Source: Patescibacteria group bacterium (GTDB taxonomy: Bacteria > Patescibacteriota > Minisyncoccia > UBA6257 > JAAZHW01). Taken from it: DNA of 64,000 nucleotides. The notes below the pieces were generated by a model. It did no database searches, was not told the origin of the DNA, and saw only the letters and a list, made by a program, of their open reading frames with translations. The DNA is taken from positions 270,233 to 334,232 of the forward strand of contig JAOAGL010000001.1 in assembly GCA_026415775.1 (NCBI GenBank), written 5' to 3'. The first letter of the stretch is position 1, and each line of letters starts with the position of its first letter. Shown in pieces: positions 18,333 through 27,970 of this stretch. The translations under genes were made by a program, and so were the position numbers.

Positions 18333-18360
18333 AAATCCGCCTCAATAATGAGGCGGATTT
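18333..18360 (+). terminator. hairpin terminator (AAATCCGCCTCA / loop ATAA / TGAGGCGGATTT)
   Basis: Perfect 12-bp stem directly after the PilB stop. A weak T-rich tail follows. Confidence 0.55.
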
Positions 18361-18386
18361 AATTTAGATAAAATTATAAAAAAATA

Positions 18387-18569
18387 GCCTTTTTAACCCG
18401 GAGGCAATTTAATCTCGCAAAACAGGGCTGCGAGCTCAAGAATTTTTTAAGGCAATCCGCACAGGGCGGACGAATAACCCAGTCGGAACCAGGTTACCCT
18501 TAAAAAAATTCCCTATAGGCTATAAATTGGGTTAAAGTATAACGCCAATTGCCCCCAGGTTAAAAAGGC
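18387..18569 (+). ncRNA. candidate structured ncRNA of unknown class (strand uncertain)
   Basis: GC-rich (~50%) island in a ~30% GC intergenic region. The 5' arm GCCTTTTTAACCCGGAGGCAATT (18387-18409) pairs with the 3' arm AATTGCCCCCAGGTTAAAAAGGC (18547-18569) at 21 of 23 positions. Internal hairpins CTCGCA-AAACAGGGC-TGCGAG and TCCGC-ACAGG-GCGGA. Confidence 0.3.
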
Positions 18570-18760
18570 CATTTATCGAGGTATTTTAAAGAGCAATCTA
18601 ATTATAGCAAAAAACATTTATTTTGTCAATAATTGACTAAAACCAGATAAGATAGTAAAGTATTTTAAATTGAAACGGTAAAAACTATTTTATCAAAAAT
18701 AGAATACCAAGTCAAGGGAGTTGTGGATAACTTTTATAATCAAAAAATATCAATAGCAAA

Positions 18761-18788
18761 TTGAAAAATACAGATGTTTTGTTATAAT
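18761..18788 (+). promoter_or_regulatory. promoter TTGAAA-N16-(TG)TTATAAT upstream of ruvB
   Basis: Hexamers read from the sequence. 15 nt upstream of the ruvB start codon. Confidence 0.4.
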
Positions 18789-18802
18789 TTTAATAATGAG
18801 CT

Positions 18803-19816
18803 ATGTCAAAAAATATTTTTAAAGCTGATCCGATTTTGGACAATGCTCTACGTCCTAAAAAATGGAATGATTTTGTTGGCCAAGAAAAGGCAAAAGAAAA
18901 TTTACGAATAATGATTGAAGCGGCGCGAAAAAGAGCCGAAGCAATAGATCATTTGCTTTTTTATGGTTGCGCTGGTTTAGGGAAAACAACGCTTGCATAT
19001 TTAATCGCTCAGGAATTAGAAGCTAATTTGAAAATCACTTCAGGGCCAGCAATTGAAAAAGCAGCAGACCTCGCTTCGCTCTTAGCTAATTTAGACGAAG
19101 GAGATGTTTTGTTTATTGATGAAATACATCGTTTGAATAAAATGATTGAAGAAGTTTTATATTCTGCGATGGAATCAAGGGTTTTAAATTTAGTTTTAGG
19201 AAAAAAATCTTCAACGCGCGCAGTTCAAATTGATTTGCCGCCGTTTACTTTAATTGGAGCAACTACACGTATAGGATTATTATCTAGTCCTTTGCGTTCA
19301 CGTTTTGGAGCAATTTTTAAATTGGATTTTTATGAAGTTGAAGATATAAAGAAAATTTTGTCTAACAATGCGCGATTGCTAAATATTGGAATTACTGACA
19401 AAGCCAAAGAAATTTTAGCAAAAGCTAGCAGAGCTACGCCGCGAGTGGCAAATCGTTTATTAAAGCGTAGCCGAGATTTTGCTACGGTGGAAGGAAAAAA
19501 CGTCATTGATGAAGAAATTGCTCAAAAAACTTTGAAATTATTTGATATTGATGAATGGGGATTAGAATCAACTGACCGCCGTATTTTAGAAGTAATTATT
19601 GACCGTTTTAATGGCGGGCCAGTTGGTATAAAAGCTTTAGCGGCGGCCACAAACGAGGAAGAAGATACTATTGAGGAAATTTATGAGCCTTATTTAATGC
19701 GACTTGGATTATTAGAAAGAACCACACGCGGTCGTATTGTAAGCGAAGCGGGTTATAAACATTTAAATCTTTATCATTTAGCTCAAAAATCAGAGCAAAA
19801 GAAATTAATTGAATAA
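18803..19816 (+). CDS. ruvB: Holliday junction branch migration helicase RuvB
   Basis: 'LRPKKWNDFVGQEKAKENL', Walker A 'GCAGLGKTTLA', sensor and arginine-finger regions typical of RuvB. 337 aa. Confidence 0.9.
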   Translation: MSKNIFKADPILDNALRPKKWNDFVGQEKAKENLRIMIEAARKRAEAIDHLLFYGCAGLGKTTLAYLIAQELEANLKITSGPAIEKAADLASLLANLDEGDVLFIDEIHRLNKMIEEVLYSAMESRVLNLVLGKKSSTRAVQIDLPPFTLIGATTRIGLLSSPLRSRFGAIFKLDFYEVEDIKKILSNNARLLNIGITDKAKEILAKASRATPRVANRLLKRSRDFATVEGKNVIDEEIAQKTLKLFDIDEWGLESTDRRILEVIIDRFNGGPVGIKALAAATNEEEDTIEEIYEPYLMRLGLLERTTRGRIVSEAGYKHLNLYHLAQKSEQKKLIE

Positions 19817-19830
19817 AAAAGAATTTTAGT

Positions 19831-21159
19831 ATGAGGAATTTTAATTCTTTTACTAAGATTTCTTTTTTGATAATCATTTTTACTTTAATTTTTATTTCAA
19901 AGGCCCGTGCGACAGGACCAATAATTATTAATGAAATAATGTATGATTTGGAGGGGGCGGATAGTGGTTTGGAATGGGTAGAGTTGAAAAATATTTCCAG
20001 CGAGCCAGTTGATTTAACTGGTTGGAAATTTAATGACGGGAGCAATCATCTATTAAATATTCCTCCAAAAAATGGTGGACAAGGAGGGATGGTAATTTCG
20101 CCTCAAGGCTTTGCTATTTTAGCTGATAAAGCGGATTTATTTTTACAAAATCATCCGAATTTTTTAGGAACAGTGATAGACACAGCAATGAGTTTAAATA
20201 ATACTGCTGCTACTCTTAGATTAATTGATAATAACGGCAATATTGTTGAAGAAGCTTCTTATATTAAAACGCAAGGAGGGAATGGTAATGGTTTTTCTTT
20301 GGAAAGAGTTAGTGATAATGTTTCTGAATTTTGTGAATCTAATATTTTAGGCGGTACGCCTGGCCAGGAAAATAATTTTAATTGCAATAAAGTGAAAGAA
20401 ATCAAATCTTCGCCAACACTTTCACCAACTAATGGCAATAATGAATTATTGACTTCTTCGCCAAGTTTTATAATCCAAGACGAAGACAATCAATCAAGCG
20501 ACCAAAGTATAATACCAACACCCACTGCTACCCCTATAAGAGTGCGATTAATTATAAATGAATTTTTACCTAATCCGATTGGTAATGACCAAGAAGGGGA
20601 ATGGATTGAAATTTTTAATGATAGCGAGATAGACATTCCATTAAGAGGGTGGCGACTAGAGGATGCAAGCGGACAAAAATATTATTTTAAGGACGAAATT
20701 ATTCAGCCAAAAAACTTTTTAGTTTTAACGTATAAAACTACCAAAATTACTTTAAATAATAATGGAGAAACATTAAGTTTATATTCGCCAAATAATGAAT
20801 TAGCCTTTCAAATCAGTTATTCGGGCAATGCCGAAGAAGGATTTTCTTATGCACGAGCTGCGGCGAATAATTGGAAATGGACTTCAATTGTAACACCAGG
20901 CAAAGTTAATCAGTTTGATAAAGAAGAGGTTGCTGATAAAAATATTCAACAAAAATTTGATATTGAAGCTATTGTTGAGAATAATTCAGAAAATAATCAA
21001 AGAAGCGTAACTCTATCAACATCGCAGAGCAACCCTCCCGCTATTAATCAAAAAAATCAAAGTAGTAATTTCTCGGAAAAAATTATTTTGTTAATAATTG
21101 GCGTTGGCGTAGTTTTTAGTATTGCCTCAGCAATTTTTATTAAAAAAGTTTTACCCTAA
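19831..21159 (+). CDS. surface protein with two lamin-tail-domain (LTD) repeats and a C-terminal TM anchor
   Basis: N-terminal signal/TM. Two LTD-like segments: 'IIINEIMYDLEGADSGLEWVELKNISSEPVDLTGWKFNDGS' and 'LIINEFLPNPIGNDQEGEWIEIFNDSEIDIPLRGWRLEDASG'. C-terminal hydrophobic helix (ILLIIGVGVVFSIASAIFI). Confidence 0.55.
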   Translation: MRNFNSFTKISFLIIIFTLIFISKARATGPIIINEIMYDLEGADSGLEWVELKNISSEPVDLTGWKFNDGSNHLLNIPPKNGGQGGMVISPQGFAILADKADLFLQNHPNFLGTVIDTAMSLNNTAATLRLIDNNGNIVEEASYIKTQGGNGNGFSLERVSDNVSEFCESNILGGTPGQENNFNCNKVKEIKSSPTLSPTNGNNELLTSSPSFIIQDEDNQSSDQSIIPTPTATPIRVRLIINEFLPNPIGNDQEGEWIEIFNDSEIDIPLRGWRLEDASGQKYYFKDEIIQPKNFLVLTYKTTKITLNNNGETLSLYSPNNELAFQISYSGNAEEGFSYARAAANNWKWTSIVTPGKVNQFDKEEVADKNIQQKFDIEAIVENNSENNQRSVTLSTSQSNPPAINQKNQSSNFSEKIILLIIGVGVVFSIASAIFIKKVLP

Positions 21160-21160
21160 A

Positions 21161-23743
21161 TTATTTTAAATCAGCTAATGTTTTTCCGATGGAGGACTGG
21201 ACTTGAAGAGGAACTGAGAGCCAATTGTTTTGTTCCATTATTTTTTGAATCTCATTTTTTATTGTTTCAATTTTTTCTTCCCTTACTTCAAAAATTAATT
21301 CATCATGAATTTGTAATAGAAGACGCACATCATTTTCTAAATTATTTTTTAATATAAATTGATGGATTTGAATCATCGCATTTTTAATAATGTCAGCGGC
21401 TAATCCTTGAATGGGAAAATTGATGGCAGCGCGCTCAGCCAAGCTACGATATTTTTGATTTCCGGAAATTAAATCATATACCCAGCGGATGCGTCCAGTT
21501 AAAGTTTTGACACAACCAGTTTGTTGGGCTTCGGCTAGGATATTAATTTGCCACTGACGAATATTAGCGAAATCATGATAATATTCGTCAATAAATTTTT
21601 TAGCTTCTTCTTTGGAAATGCCAGCTGTTTCACTAAAAGCCTTTGCACCCATTCCATAAAGAACCCCAAAGTTTAATGTTTTTGCTTGACGTCTCATTTC
21701 TGCTGTAACTTTATCAGGTGAGGTATTATTAATTTCTGCTGCGGTAATTGTATGGATATCGCCATTTTCCCAAAAAACTTTTTTCATTTTAGGATCGTCT
21801 GATAGGGAAGCAGCGATTCGTAATTCAATTTGGGAATAATCGAAACCGAGAAAGAGATGGCCTTTCTCGGCAACAAATCCTTTTCGAATTTTTTTCGCCC
21901 ACTCGCTTTCAATGGGTATGTTTTGAAGATTTGGATTTTCCGAAGAAAGTCGGCCAGTGGCCGTTCCTGTTTGATTATAAGTGGTGTGAAGCCGCGAATT
22001 TTTATCAACCATTAATGGTAGGGGTTCCAAATAAGTTGTTTTTAATTTCATTAATTCTCGATGTTGAAGAATAAGGGAGATAATAGGATGGACATCTTTG
22101 AGTTTTATAAGTTCTTCTTCGCGCGTTGAAAGGAGGCCAGTTGAGGTTTTGCTCAATTTTTTGTTAGTAATTTTTAAGTGATTAAAAAGAATGTCCGAAA
22201 GCTGTTTTGGAGAATTAAGATTGAATTCTTTTTGGGTAATGGCAAAAATTTGTTGAGTAATTTTTTGAATTTCATTTTCGACTTCATTATTTAATTTTTT
22301 AAAATGGTCAACATCAATTTTTATACCGTAATTTTCCATTTGGGCCAAAACAGGAATTAACGGCATTTCAATTTCTGAAAAAACCTTTTTAAGACCTAAT
22401 TCGTTTATTTTTTCTCGTTGCTTTTCGTATATTTTTTGAACAACCTCTAAATTGTTAATAGGGGGGAGGGGTTGTTTGAAAAGGTTATGCCAGATTTTTT
22501 GGAGAGAATAATCTTTTATTTCGGAGTTAATCAACCATTGAGCAACTTTTATATCATAAAGACCAACTTGATTAAAAAGACCCAAAGTTTTTATAAGATT
22601 TTTTAAATCGTACCCGATAATAACTTTTTCTTTTAAATATCGGGACAAGTCAAAATCTAAAACATCGATTGAGCCTTTAAAAAAACTAGTGCCATCAAAA
22701 ATTTCTAATTCGTTATTTTCAAAAAAAATAAAAATTTCATTTGGAGAGGAAGAAAGAATTTTTTTAAGAGGAAGCCAATTAATTGTAGAGGTGGTAGAAA
22801 ATTCTATACTATTCGCTAATTTTTCTTTGGATTGTTCACCGCTATTTTTCAGTTGATTAATTAAACTTTCAAATTTCCATTCATGAAAAAGAGGCATGAC
22901 TTTTTCTTTGTCAATATCATTGAATTTTAATTCTTCAAGATTTTGAATTTCGATCGGCGCTTCACAATTGAGCGTGGCCAGATATTTGCTAAAAAAAGCA
23001 CCCTCTTTTTGTTCTAAAAGAAGACTTAAAATTTTTGGTTTAATAATTTTAGCTTTTTCGGATTGTGTAAAATCTTCTTTTTCTATTTCTTGATATAAAT
23101 TTTCCAGAGAAGAGAAATTTTTTATTAATTCAATAGCGGTTTTTTCGCCGATACCTTTAACTCCTAAAATGTTGTCAGAAGGGTCACCCTTAAGAGCTTT
23201 GAAATCAACTAATTGAGCGGGGACTAATCCTTCATATCGTTGTTTAACCAAATCCTCGTTATAAATAATAGTATCTTGAATGCCTTTTTTCATTGTATAA
23301 ACTACTACCTTGTCATTTTGAACTAATTGCAAAGTATCTAAATCACCAGTTAAAATAATGATTTTTAAATCTTTTTCAGCGGAGAACTTTTTTACTAAAG
23401 TGCCGATTAAATCATCAGCCTCATAACCGGGCAATTCAAAGTATTTAATTTTTGCCTTTTCAAAGAATTCTTTAATTTTTTGAAATTGAGAAATTAATGC
23501 TTCGTCGGTTTTGGGACGTTTTGCCTTATATTCTTTGTATTCTTTGTGGCGAAAGGTGGGTTCGGCCAAGTCAAAACAAGCCGCTAAGTAATCCGGTTTT
23601 AATTCTTTAATAATTTTGAATAAAATCCGAATAGTGCCATAAACCGCACCTATTGGTTCGTTTTTTGGCGTGGTTAAATTAGGCAAGGCATGATAGCAGC
23701 GATGAATTAAAGCGTGAGAATCAATTAAAACGAGGGTCTTCAT
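21161..23743 (-). CDS. polA: DNA polymerase I
   Basis: 5'-3' exonuclease N-terminus (MKTLVLIDSHALIHRCYHA.., 'GDPSDNILGVKGIGEKTA') and polymerase motifs ('RRQAKTLNFGVLYGMG', 'LQIHDELIFEV'). 860 aa. Confidence 0.9.
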   Translation of the reverse strand: MKTLVLIDSHALIHRCYHALPNLTTPKNEPIGAVYGTIRILFKIIKELKPDYLAACFDLAEPTFRHKEYKEYKAKRPKTDEALISQFQKIKEFFEKAKIKYFELPGYEADDLIGTLVKKFSAEKDLKIIILTGDLDTLQLVQNDKVVVYTMKKGIQDTIIYNEDLVKQRYEGLVPAQLVDFKALKGDPSDNILGVKGIGEKTAIELIKNFSSLENLYQEIEKEDFTQSEKAKIIKPKILSLLLEQKEGAFFSKYLATLNCEAPIEIQNLEELKFNDIDKEKVMPLFHEWKFESLINQLKNSGEQSKEKLANSIEFSTTSTINWLPLKKILSSSPNEIFIFFENNELEIFDGTSFFKGSIDVLDFDLSRYLKEKVIIGYDLKNLIKTLGLFNQVGLYDIKVAQWLINSEIKDYSLQKIWHNLFKQPLPPINNLEVVQKIYEKQREKINELGLKKVFSEIEMPLIPVLAQMENYGIKIDVDHFKKLNNEVENEIQKITQQIFAITQKEFNLNSPKQLSDILFNHLKITNKKLSKTSTGLLSTREEELIKLKDVHPIISLILQHRELMKLKTTYLEPLPLMVDKNSRLHTTYNQTGTATGRLSSENPNLQNIPIESEWAKKIRKGFVAEKGHLFLGFDYSQIELRIAASLSDDPKMKKVFWENGDIHTITAAEINNTSPDKVTAEMRRQAKTLNFGVLYGMGAKAFSETAGISKEEAKKFIDEYYHDFANIRQWQINILAEAQQTGCVKTLTGRIRWVYDLISGNQKYRSLAERAAINFPIQGLAADIIKNAMIQIHQFILKNNLENDVRLLLQIHDELIFEVREEKIETIKNEIQKIMEQNNWLSVPLQVQSSIGKTLADLK

Positions 23744-23752
23744 AGCTTATTA

Positions 23753-24229
23753 TTAAAAATTAAAAGTTATTTCACGGATGTTTTTGTTAATAATTTTAAA
23801 TTTTATCCATACAGTTTCTCGAGGGATTATTTTTTTTATTTTTTCTGGCCATTCAATAAAGATAAGATTTGTTGGATTGGAAAAAACATCGTTAATTCCC
23901 AAGTTTTTAATTTCTGAAATTTTTTCTAAACGATAGCAATCAATGTGGTAAAGTTTTTTAAAAAAACATCTTTTGTTAATTTTAAAATCTTTGATAATAA
24001 CAAAAGTGGGACTTAAAATTGGTTGTTTAATTTTTAATGCTTTGGCAACGCCTTGGACAAAATTTGTTTTACCGACGCCTAAATTTCCTGAAAGAGCGAA
24101 GATGTGAGGGGGTGCAAATTTTTTCTGAGCGAGAAAAGTTTTTACTAAAACGTTGGCAATTTTTTTAGTTTCTTGCGGAGAATAACTTTTTAGAACAACT
24201 TTTTTCATAATAAGTTTATTATAACACAA
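23753..24229 (-). CDS. tsaE: tRNA threonylcarbamoyladenosine biosynthesis protein TsaE
   Basis: P-loop 'LSGNLGVGKTNFVQGVAKAL' followed by 'SPTFVIIKDF'. 158 aa. Confidence 0.7.
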   Translation of the reverse strand: MCYNKLIMKKVVLKSYSPQETKKIANVLVKTFLAQKKFAPPHIFALSGNLGVGKTNFVQGVAKALKIKQPILSPTFVIIKDFKINKRCFFKKLYHIDCYRLEKISEIKNLGINDVFSNPTNLIFIEWPEKIKKIIPRETVWIKFKIINKNIREITFNF

Positions 24230-24276
24230 AAATTTTTAACTTGTATTTTCCGAATATTTTTGTTTAAATATAAACG

Positions 24277-25554
24277 ATGACTGAATTTTTTGAGATTGAA
24301 GGTGGAAAAAAATTAAGAGGGGAATTAACAGTGGCTGGCAGTAAAAATGCAGCCTTAGCCATTTTGCCGGCGTGCCTTTTAACGGATGAGCCATGCATTA
24401 TTAAAAATGTTCCGCTTTTGACGGATGTATTAGTAATGATAGATTTAATTAAAAGTTTGGGCGCAGAAGTAGAATGGTTAGATGATAAAGTGGTAAAAAT
24501 TCAAGCGAAAAATTTAAATTCCAACGCCGATACAGTTTTGGTTAGAAAAATTCGCGCTTCAATTTTAATTGCGGGACCGATTTTGGCACGGTTGGGCGAG
24601 TTAAAAATTGCTAAACCCGGCGGCTGTCACATTGGCGTGCGCGGATTAGATGCTCATTTTGAAGGATTTAAAGATTTGGGAATTGAATTAATTGAAGAAA
24701 GAAGTGAAAAAGAAAAATATTATTTAAAAACGCCAGCGCAATTAAAACCAGCTAATATTTATTTAAATGAATTTAGTGTGACTGCTACGGAAAATTTGTT
24801 GATGCTTTTGTCTTCTATTGATGGAAGAAGCGAGATTCATTTAGCGGCGGCCGAGCCCCATGTTCAGGAATTGGGTGAGGTATTAATAAAAATGGGTGCA
24901 GAAATTGAAGGTTTAGGCACGCATACCATTAAAATAAAAGGCGCGCAAAAATTAAAGGGAATTGAACATACAATTGGAGCTGATTATATTGAAGCAGGCA
25001 CTTTTTTCAGTTTGGCGGCCACAACAAGAAGCAATTTGAAAATTTTAAATGTTCCCGTGGGGTATTTAGAAATGGTTTTTAGAAATTTGAAAAAAATAGG
25101 CGTTTCGTATAAAATAGAAGGCGACGCAGTATTCATCGAAGGAGAGCGAAGCTCTTTGAAAGCAGCGAAAATCCAAACTTTACCTTATCCTGGTTTCCCA
25201 ACAGATTTACAGGCGCCTTTTGCCGCCTTAATGACGCAAGCAGAAGGAGAAAGTTTGATTTTTGATACTTTATTTGAGGGGCGATTTAAATATGTTGAGG
25301 AATTAACTCAAATGGGCGCTAAAATTTTTGTTTGCGACCCCCATCGAATTATTGTTTCCGGCCCAACTCCTTTATATGGAACAAAAATCAAAAGTTTTGA
25401 TTTAAGAGCGGGCGCTACATTAATTATCGCGGCCTTGGCAGCCTCAGGAAAAAGTGAGGTTTATGGAATTGAACAAGTTGATCGCGGTTATGAAAAAATA
25501 GAAGAGCGATTGCAATCTATCGGCGCACATATTAAAAGAGTCGTTCAGGAGTAA
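24277..25554 (+). CDS. murA: UDP-N-acetylglucosamine 1-carboxyvinyltransferase
   Basis: N-terminus 'FEIEGGKKLRGELTVAGSKNAALAILPACLL' and overall MurA/EPSP-fold length of 425 aa. Confidence 0.9.
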   Translation: MTEFFEIEGGKKLRGELTVAGSKNAALAILPACLLTDEPCIIKNVPLLTDVLVMIDLIKSLGAEVEWLDDKVVKIQAKNLNSNADTVLVRKIRASILIAGPILARLGELKIAKPGGCHIGVRGLDAHFEGFKDLGIELIEERSEKEKYYLKTPAQLKPANIYLNEFSVTATENLLMLLSSIDGRSEIHLAAAEPHVQELGEVLIKMGAEIEGLGTHTIKIKGAQKLKGIEHTIGADYIEAGTFFSLAATTRSNLKILNVPVGYLEMVFRNLKKIGVSYKIEGDAVFIEGERSSLKAAKIQTLPYPGFPTDLQAPFAALMTQAEGESLIFDTLFEGRFKYVEELTQMGAKIFVCDPHRIIVSGPTPLYGTKIKSFDLRAGATLIIAALAASGKSEVYGIEQVDRGYEKIEERLQSIGAHIKRVVQE

Positions 25555-25565
25555 TAAAAAATTTT

Positions 25566-26573
25566 ATGTTTATTAAAAAAATAGGAATTGATTTAGGAAC
25601 AACAAATACCCTAGTGTTTGTACCTAAAAAGGGCGTTATTATTTTTGAACCGACAATTGTTGCTTATGATTTGCACGATAATAAAATTTTAGCCGTTGGA
25701 AAAGAAGCGAAGGAAATGCTTGGTAGAACGCCAGAAGACATTGGCGCTTATCGACCGTTGAAAGAGGGAGTGATTGCTGATTATAAAACGACTAAGGCGA
25801 TGTTAAAATACTTTATTTCTAAAGCTTTAGGCGGTTTTAATTTTTTTAAACCAACTTTAATCGTTTCTGGTCCGGCGGGTATTACTTCAACTGAAAGACG
25901 GGCGGTGATAAATGCGGCTTTAGAAGCGGGCGCAAGAGAGGTCTATGTGGTAAGAGAACCGATTTTAGCAGCATTGGGCGCTGGCATTCCTATTAATTCT
26001 GCTTCGGGTCATATGATTGTAAATATAGGCGGTGGTACAACAGAGGTGGCGGTAATTTCTTTAGGCGGAATTGTTTCTTGGGCGTCTTTGCGAGTTGCGG
26101 GCAATAAATTTGATGAGGCGATTGTTAATTATGTGAGAAAAAAATACAATTTAGCAATTGGCGAGCAAACAGCGGAAAAAATTAAAATTGAGGCTGGAGC
26201 TGCTGTGCCGTTAAAAAATAAAATCGAAACCGAAGCAAAAGGAAGAGATTTAACAACTGGATTGCCTCGCTCAATAGTCATTAATTCAAATGAAATTGCT
26301 GAAGCAATTAATCCTTATTTAGAAGAGATTGGGGAAGCAATTCGTAATGTTTTTTTGAATACCCCACCCGAATTAGCGGCTGATATTATCGAAAAAGGTA
26401 TTGTTATTTCAGGTGGAAGCGGTTTATTAAGAAATCTCGACGAATTTATTTCAAAAATTACCGGCGTCAATGCCTATATTGCTGATGAAGCGCTTTATTG
26501 TGTAGCAAAAGGAACGGGTATTATTTTGGAGCACATCGATATTTATAAACGCGCTTTATTAAGCAAAAAATAA
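25566..26573 (+). CDS. mreB: rod shape-determining protein MreB (copy 1)
   Basis: Actin-fold phosphate-1 'IGIDLGTTNTLVFV', 'GGGTTEVAVISLGG', 'GGSGLLRNLD'. Confidence 0.85.
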   Translation: MFIKKIGIDLGTTNTLVFVPKKGVIIFEPTIVAYDLHDNKILAVGKEAKEMLGRTPEDIGAYRPLKEGVIADYKTTKAMLKYFISKALGGFNFFKPTLIVSGPAGITSTERRAVINAALEAGAREVYVVREPILAALGAGIPINSASGHMIVNIGGGTTEVAVISLGGIVSWASLRVAGNKFDEAIVNYVRKKYNLAIGEQTAEKIKIEAGAAVPLKNKIETEAKGRDLTTGLPRSIVINSNEIAEAINPYLEEIGEAIRNVFLNTPPELAADIIEKGIVISGGSGLLRNLDEFISKITGVNAYIADEALYCVAKGTGIILEHIDIYKRALLSKK

Positions 26574-26574
26574 A

Positions 26575-27333
26575 ATGAATTTTGACAAATATTTTAATAA
26601 AATAATAGAAAACAATAAAATTGATGGAGGTTGGTTGTTTTTGTGTATTGATATTGAAAAAAGCTTTAAAAAAGCACTTGAATTAGCTCGGCTAATTACT
26701 AATCCCTATTTAATTTATATAATTGCTGATAGCGATTCATTACAAGAAATAAAAGAAAATTATCAAATATTTGAGCCTGGCATTAAAAGCATTATAGACA
26801 TTCAAAAACTTTTATATTTATCTACTGAAGAAAAAAAAGTTTTAATTATAAAATCGGTTGAATCTTTGTCGCTTGAGGCTCAAAATGCGCTTTTAAAAAT
26901 TACCGAAGAGCCGCCGCCTCGAACTTCATTTTTCTTTATTAGCAATGATGAGAATAGTATTTTGCCAACTCTTTTGTCGCGTTTAAGAATAATTAGAATT
27001 CCACTTTTGCCGAAAGATGGATTTTATCGCAAAAGAATCAGCAATGATTTAAAAAAAGGCATTGAACAAAAAAATTTACTGCCAATTTATCTAAAAGAAT
27101 TTTTAGGAGAAAATGAAATTGATTTTATGGAAAATTTAATTGTTTTGTTTCGCGACCAAATGCTTAATAAATTTAATATTGTAAATTATAAATACACTGA
27201 TGCCAAAGGCGAAGTTAGCGGAGATATAATTAAAATGGCCATTAAAGCGCTTGAGGGTATGAAATATGCTAATTTAAATCCTCGCCTGCAAATAGAAAAT
27301 ATACTGTTAAATATATTTAAGAAGGATTTTTAA
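26575..27333 (+). CDS. holB: DNA polymerase III delta/delta'-like clamp-loader subunit
   Basis: 'ALLKITEEPPPRTSFFFISNDENSILPTLLSRLRIIRI' matches the clamp-loader box (LLK.LEEPP...F.L......LLPTI.SR). No Walker A. Confidence 0.5.
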   Translation: MNFDKYFNKIIENNKIDGGWLFLCIDIEKSFKKALELARLITNPYLIYIIADSDSLQEIKENYQIFEPGIKSIIDIQKLLYLSTEEKKVLIIKSVESLSLEAQNALLKITEEPPPRTSFFFISNDENSILPTLLSRLRIIRIPLLPKDGFYRKRISNDLKKGIEQKNLLPIYLKEFLGENEIDFMENLIVLFRDQMLNKFNIVNYKYTDAKGEVSGDIIKMAIKALEGMKYANLNPRLQIENILLNIFKKDF

Positions 27334-27390
27334 CTTTAAAAAATGGGTTATAATTAAAAAGGATTTGCGGTCGAATCTAATTTTTAAAAA

Positions 27391-27954
27391 ATGATAATAA
27401 ATCAATTAATAGAAAAATTTAAAAAGGAAGGACAAAGTGTTTTGGATAATTTTAAAATTGAACTTGCTGGCATTAGATCAAATAGACCCCAACCAGCCCT
27501 GATTGAAAATTTAAAAGTTGAATGCCCTTCATATGGTTCTATTTTGCCATTAAAACATATCGCTTCTATTCAAGTAAGTTTACCAAATAGTTTAATTGTG
27601 CAGGTTTGGGATAAAAGCAATGTTAATGCCTGTGAAAAAGCTATTCAAGCGGCTAATTTAGGGGTCACAACCGCAATCGAAGGTTCGCAAATCAGAGTGA
27701 TTTTGCCGCCATTGTCCCAAGAACGTCGCGAACAAATTTTTCAATTAGTAAAGAAGAAAGCCGAAGAAGCCAAAATTCATTTAAGAGGAAAAAGAGAAGA
27801 TATATTAAAAGAAATGAAAGAATTGTTTGAAAATAAAAAAATTACCGAAGACGACAAATATCGAGGCAAAGATGAATTGCAGAAGGTAATTGATATTTTT
27901 AATGAAGAAATTGAAAAAATTGTAGAAAACAAAAAGAAAGAATTATACGAATAA
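27391..27954 (+). CDS. frr: ribosome recycling factor
   Basis: 'FKIELAGIRSNRPQPALIENLKVE..' and the 187-aa length are typical of RRF. Confidence 0.85.
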   Translation: MIINQLIEKFKKEGQSVLDNFKIELAGIRSNRPQPALIENLKVECPSYGSILPLKHIASIQVSLPNSLIVQVWDKSNVNACEKAIQAANLGVTTAIEGSQIRVILPPLSQERREQIFQLVKKKAEEAKIHLRGKREDILKEMKELFENKKITEDDKYRGKDELQKVIDIFNEEIEKIVENKKKELYE

Positions 27955-27970
27955 GCATTAATTAATTTTT

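Noticed and set aside
18387-18569. SRP (4.5S) RNA, RNase P RNA or tmRNA identity for the GC-rich structured element.
   Set aside because: I could not find the SRP domain IV GGAA-tetraloop context (..CC-GGAA-GG..AGCA..), the RNase P P4 consensus, or a tmRNA tag/tRNA-like end. A 6S-like or novel RNA remains possible, and only a covariance-model search can settle it.
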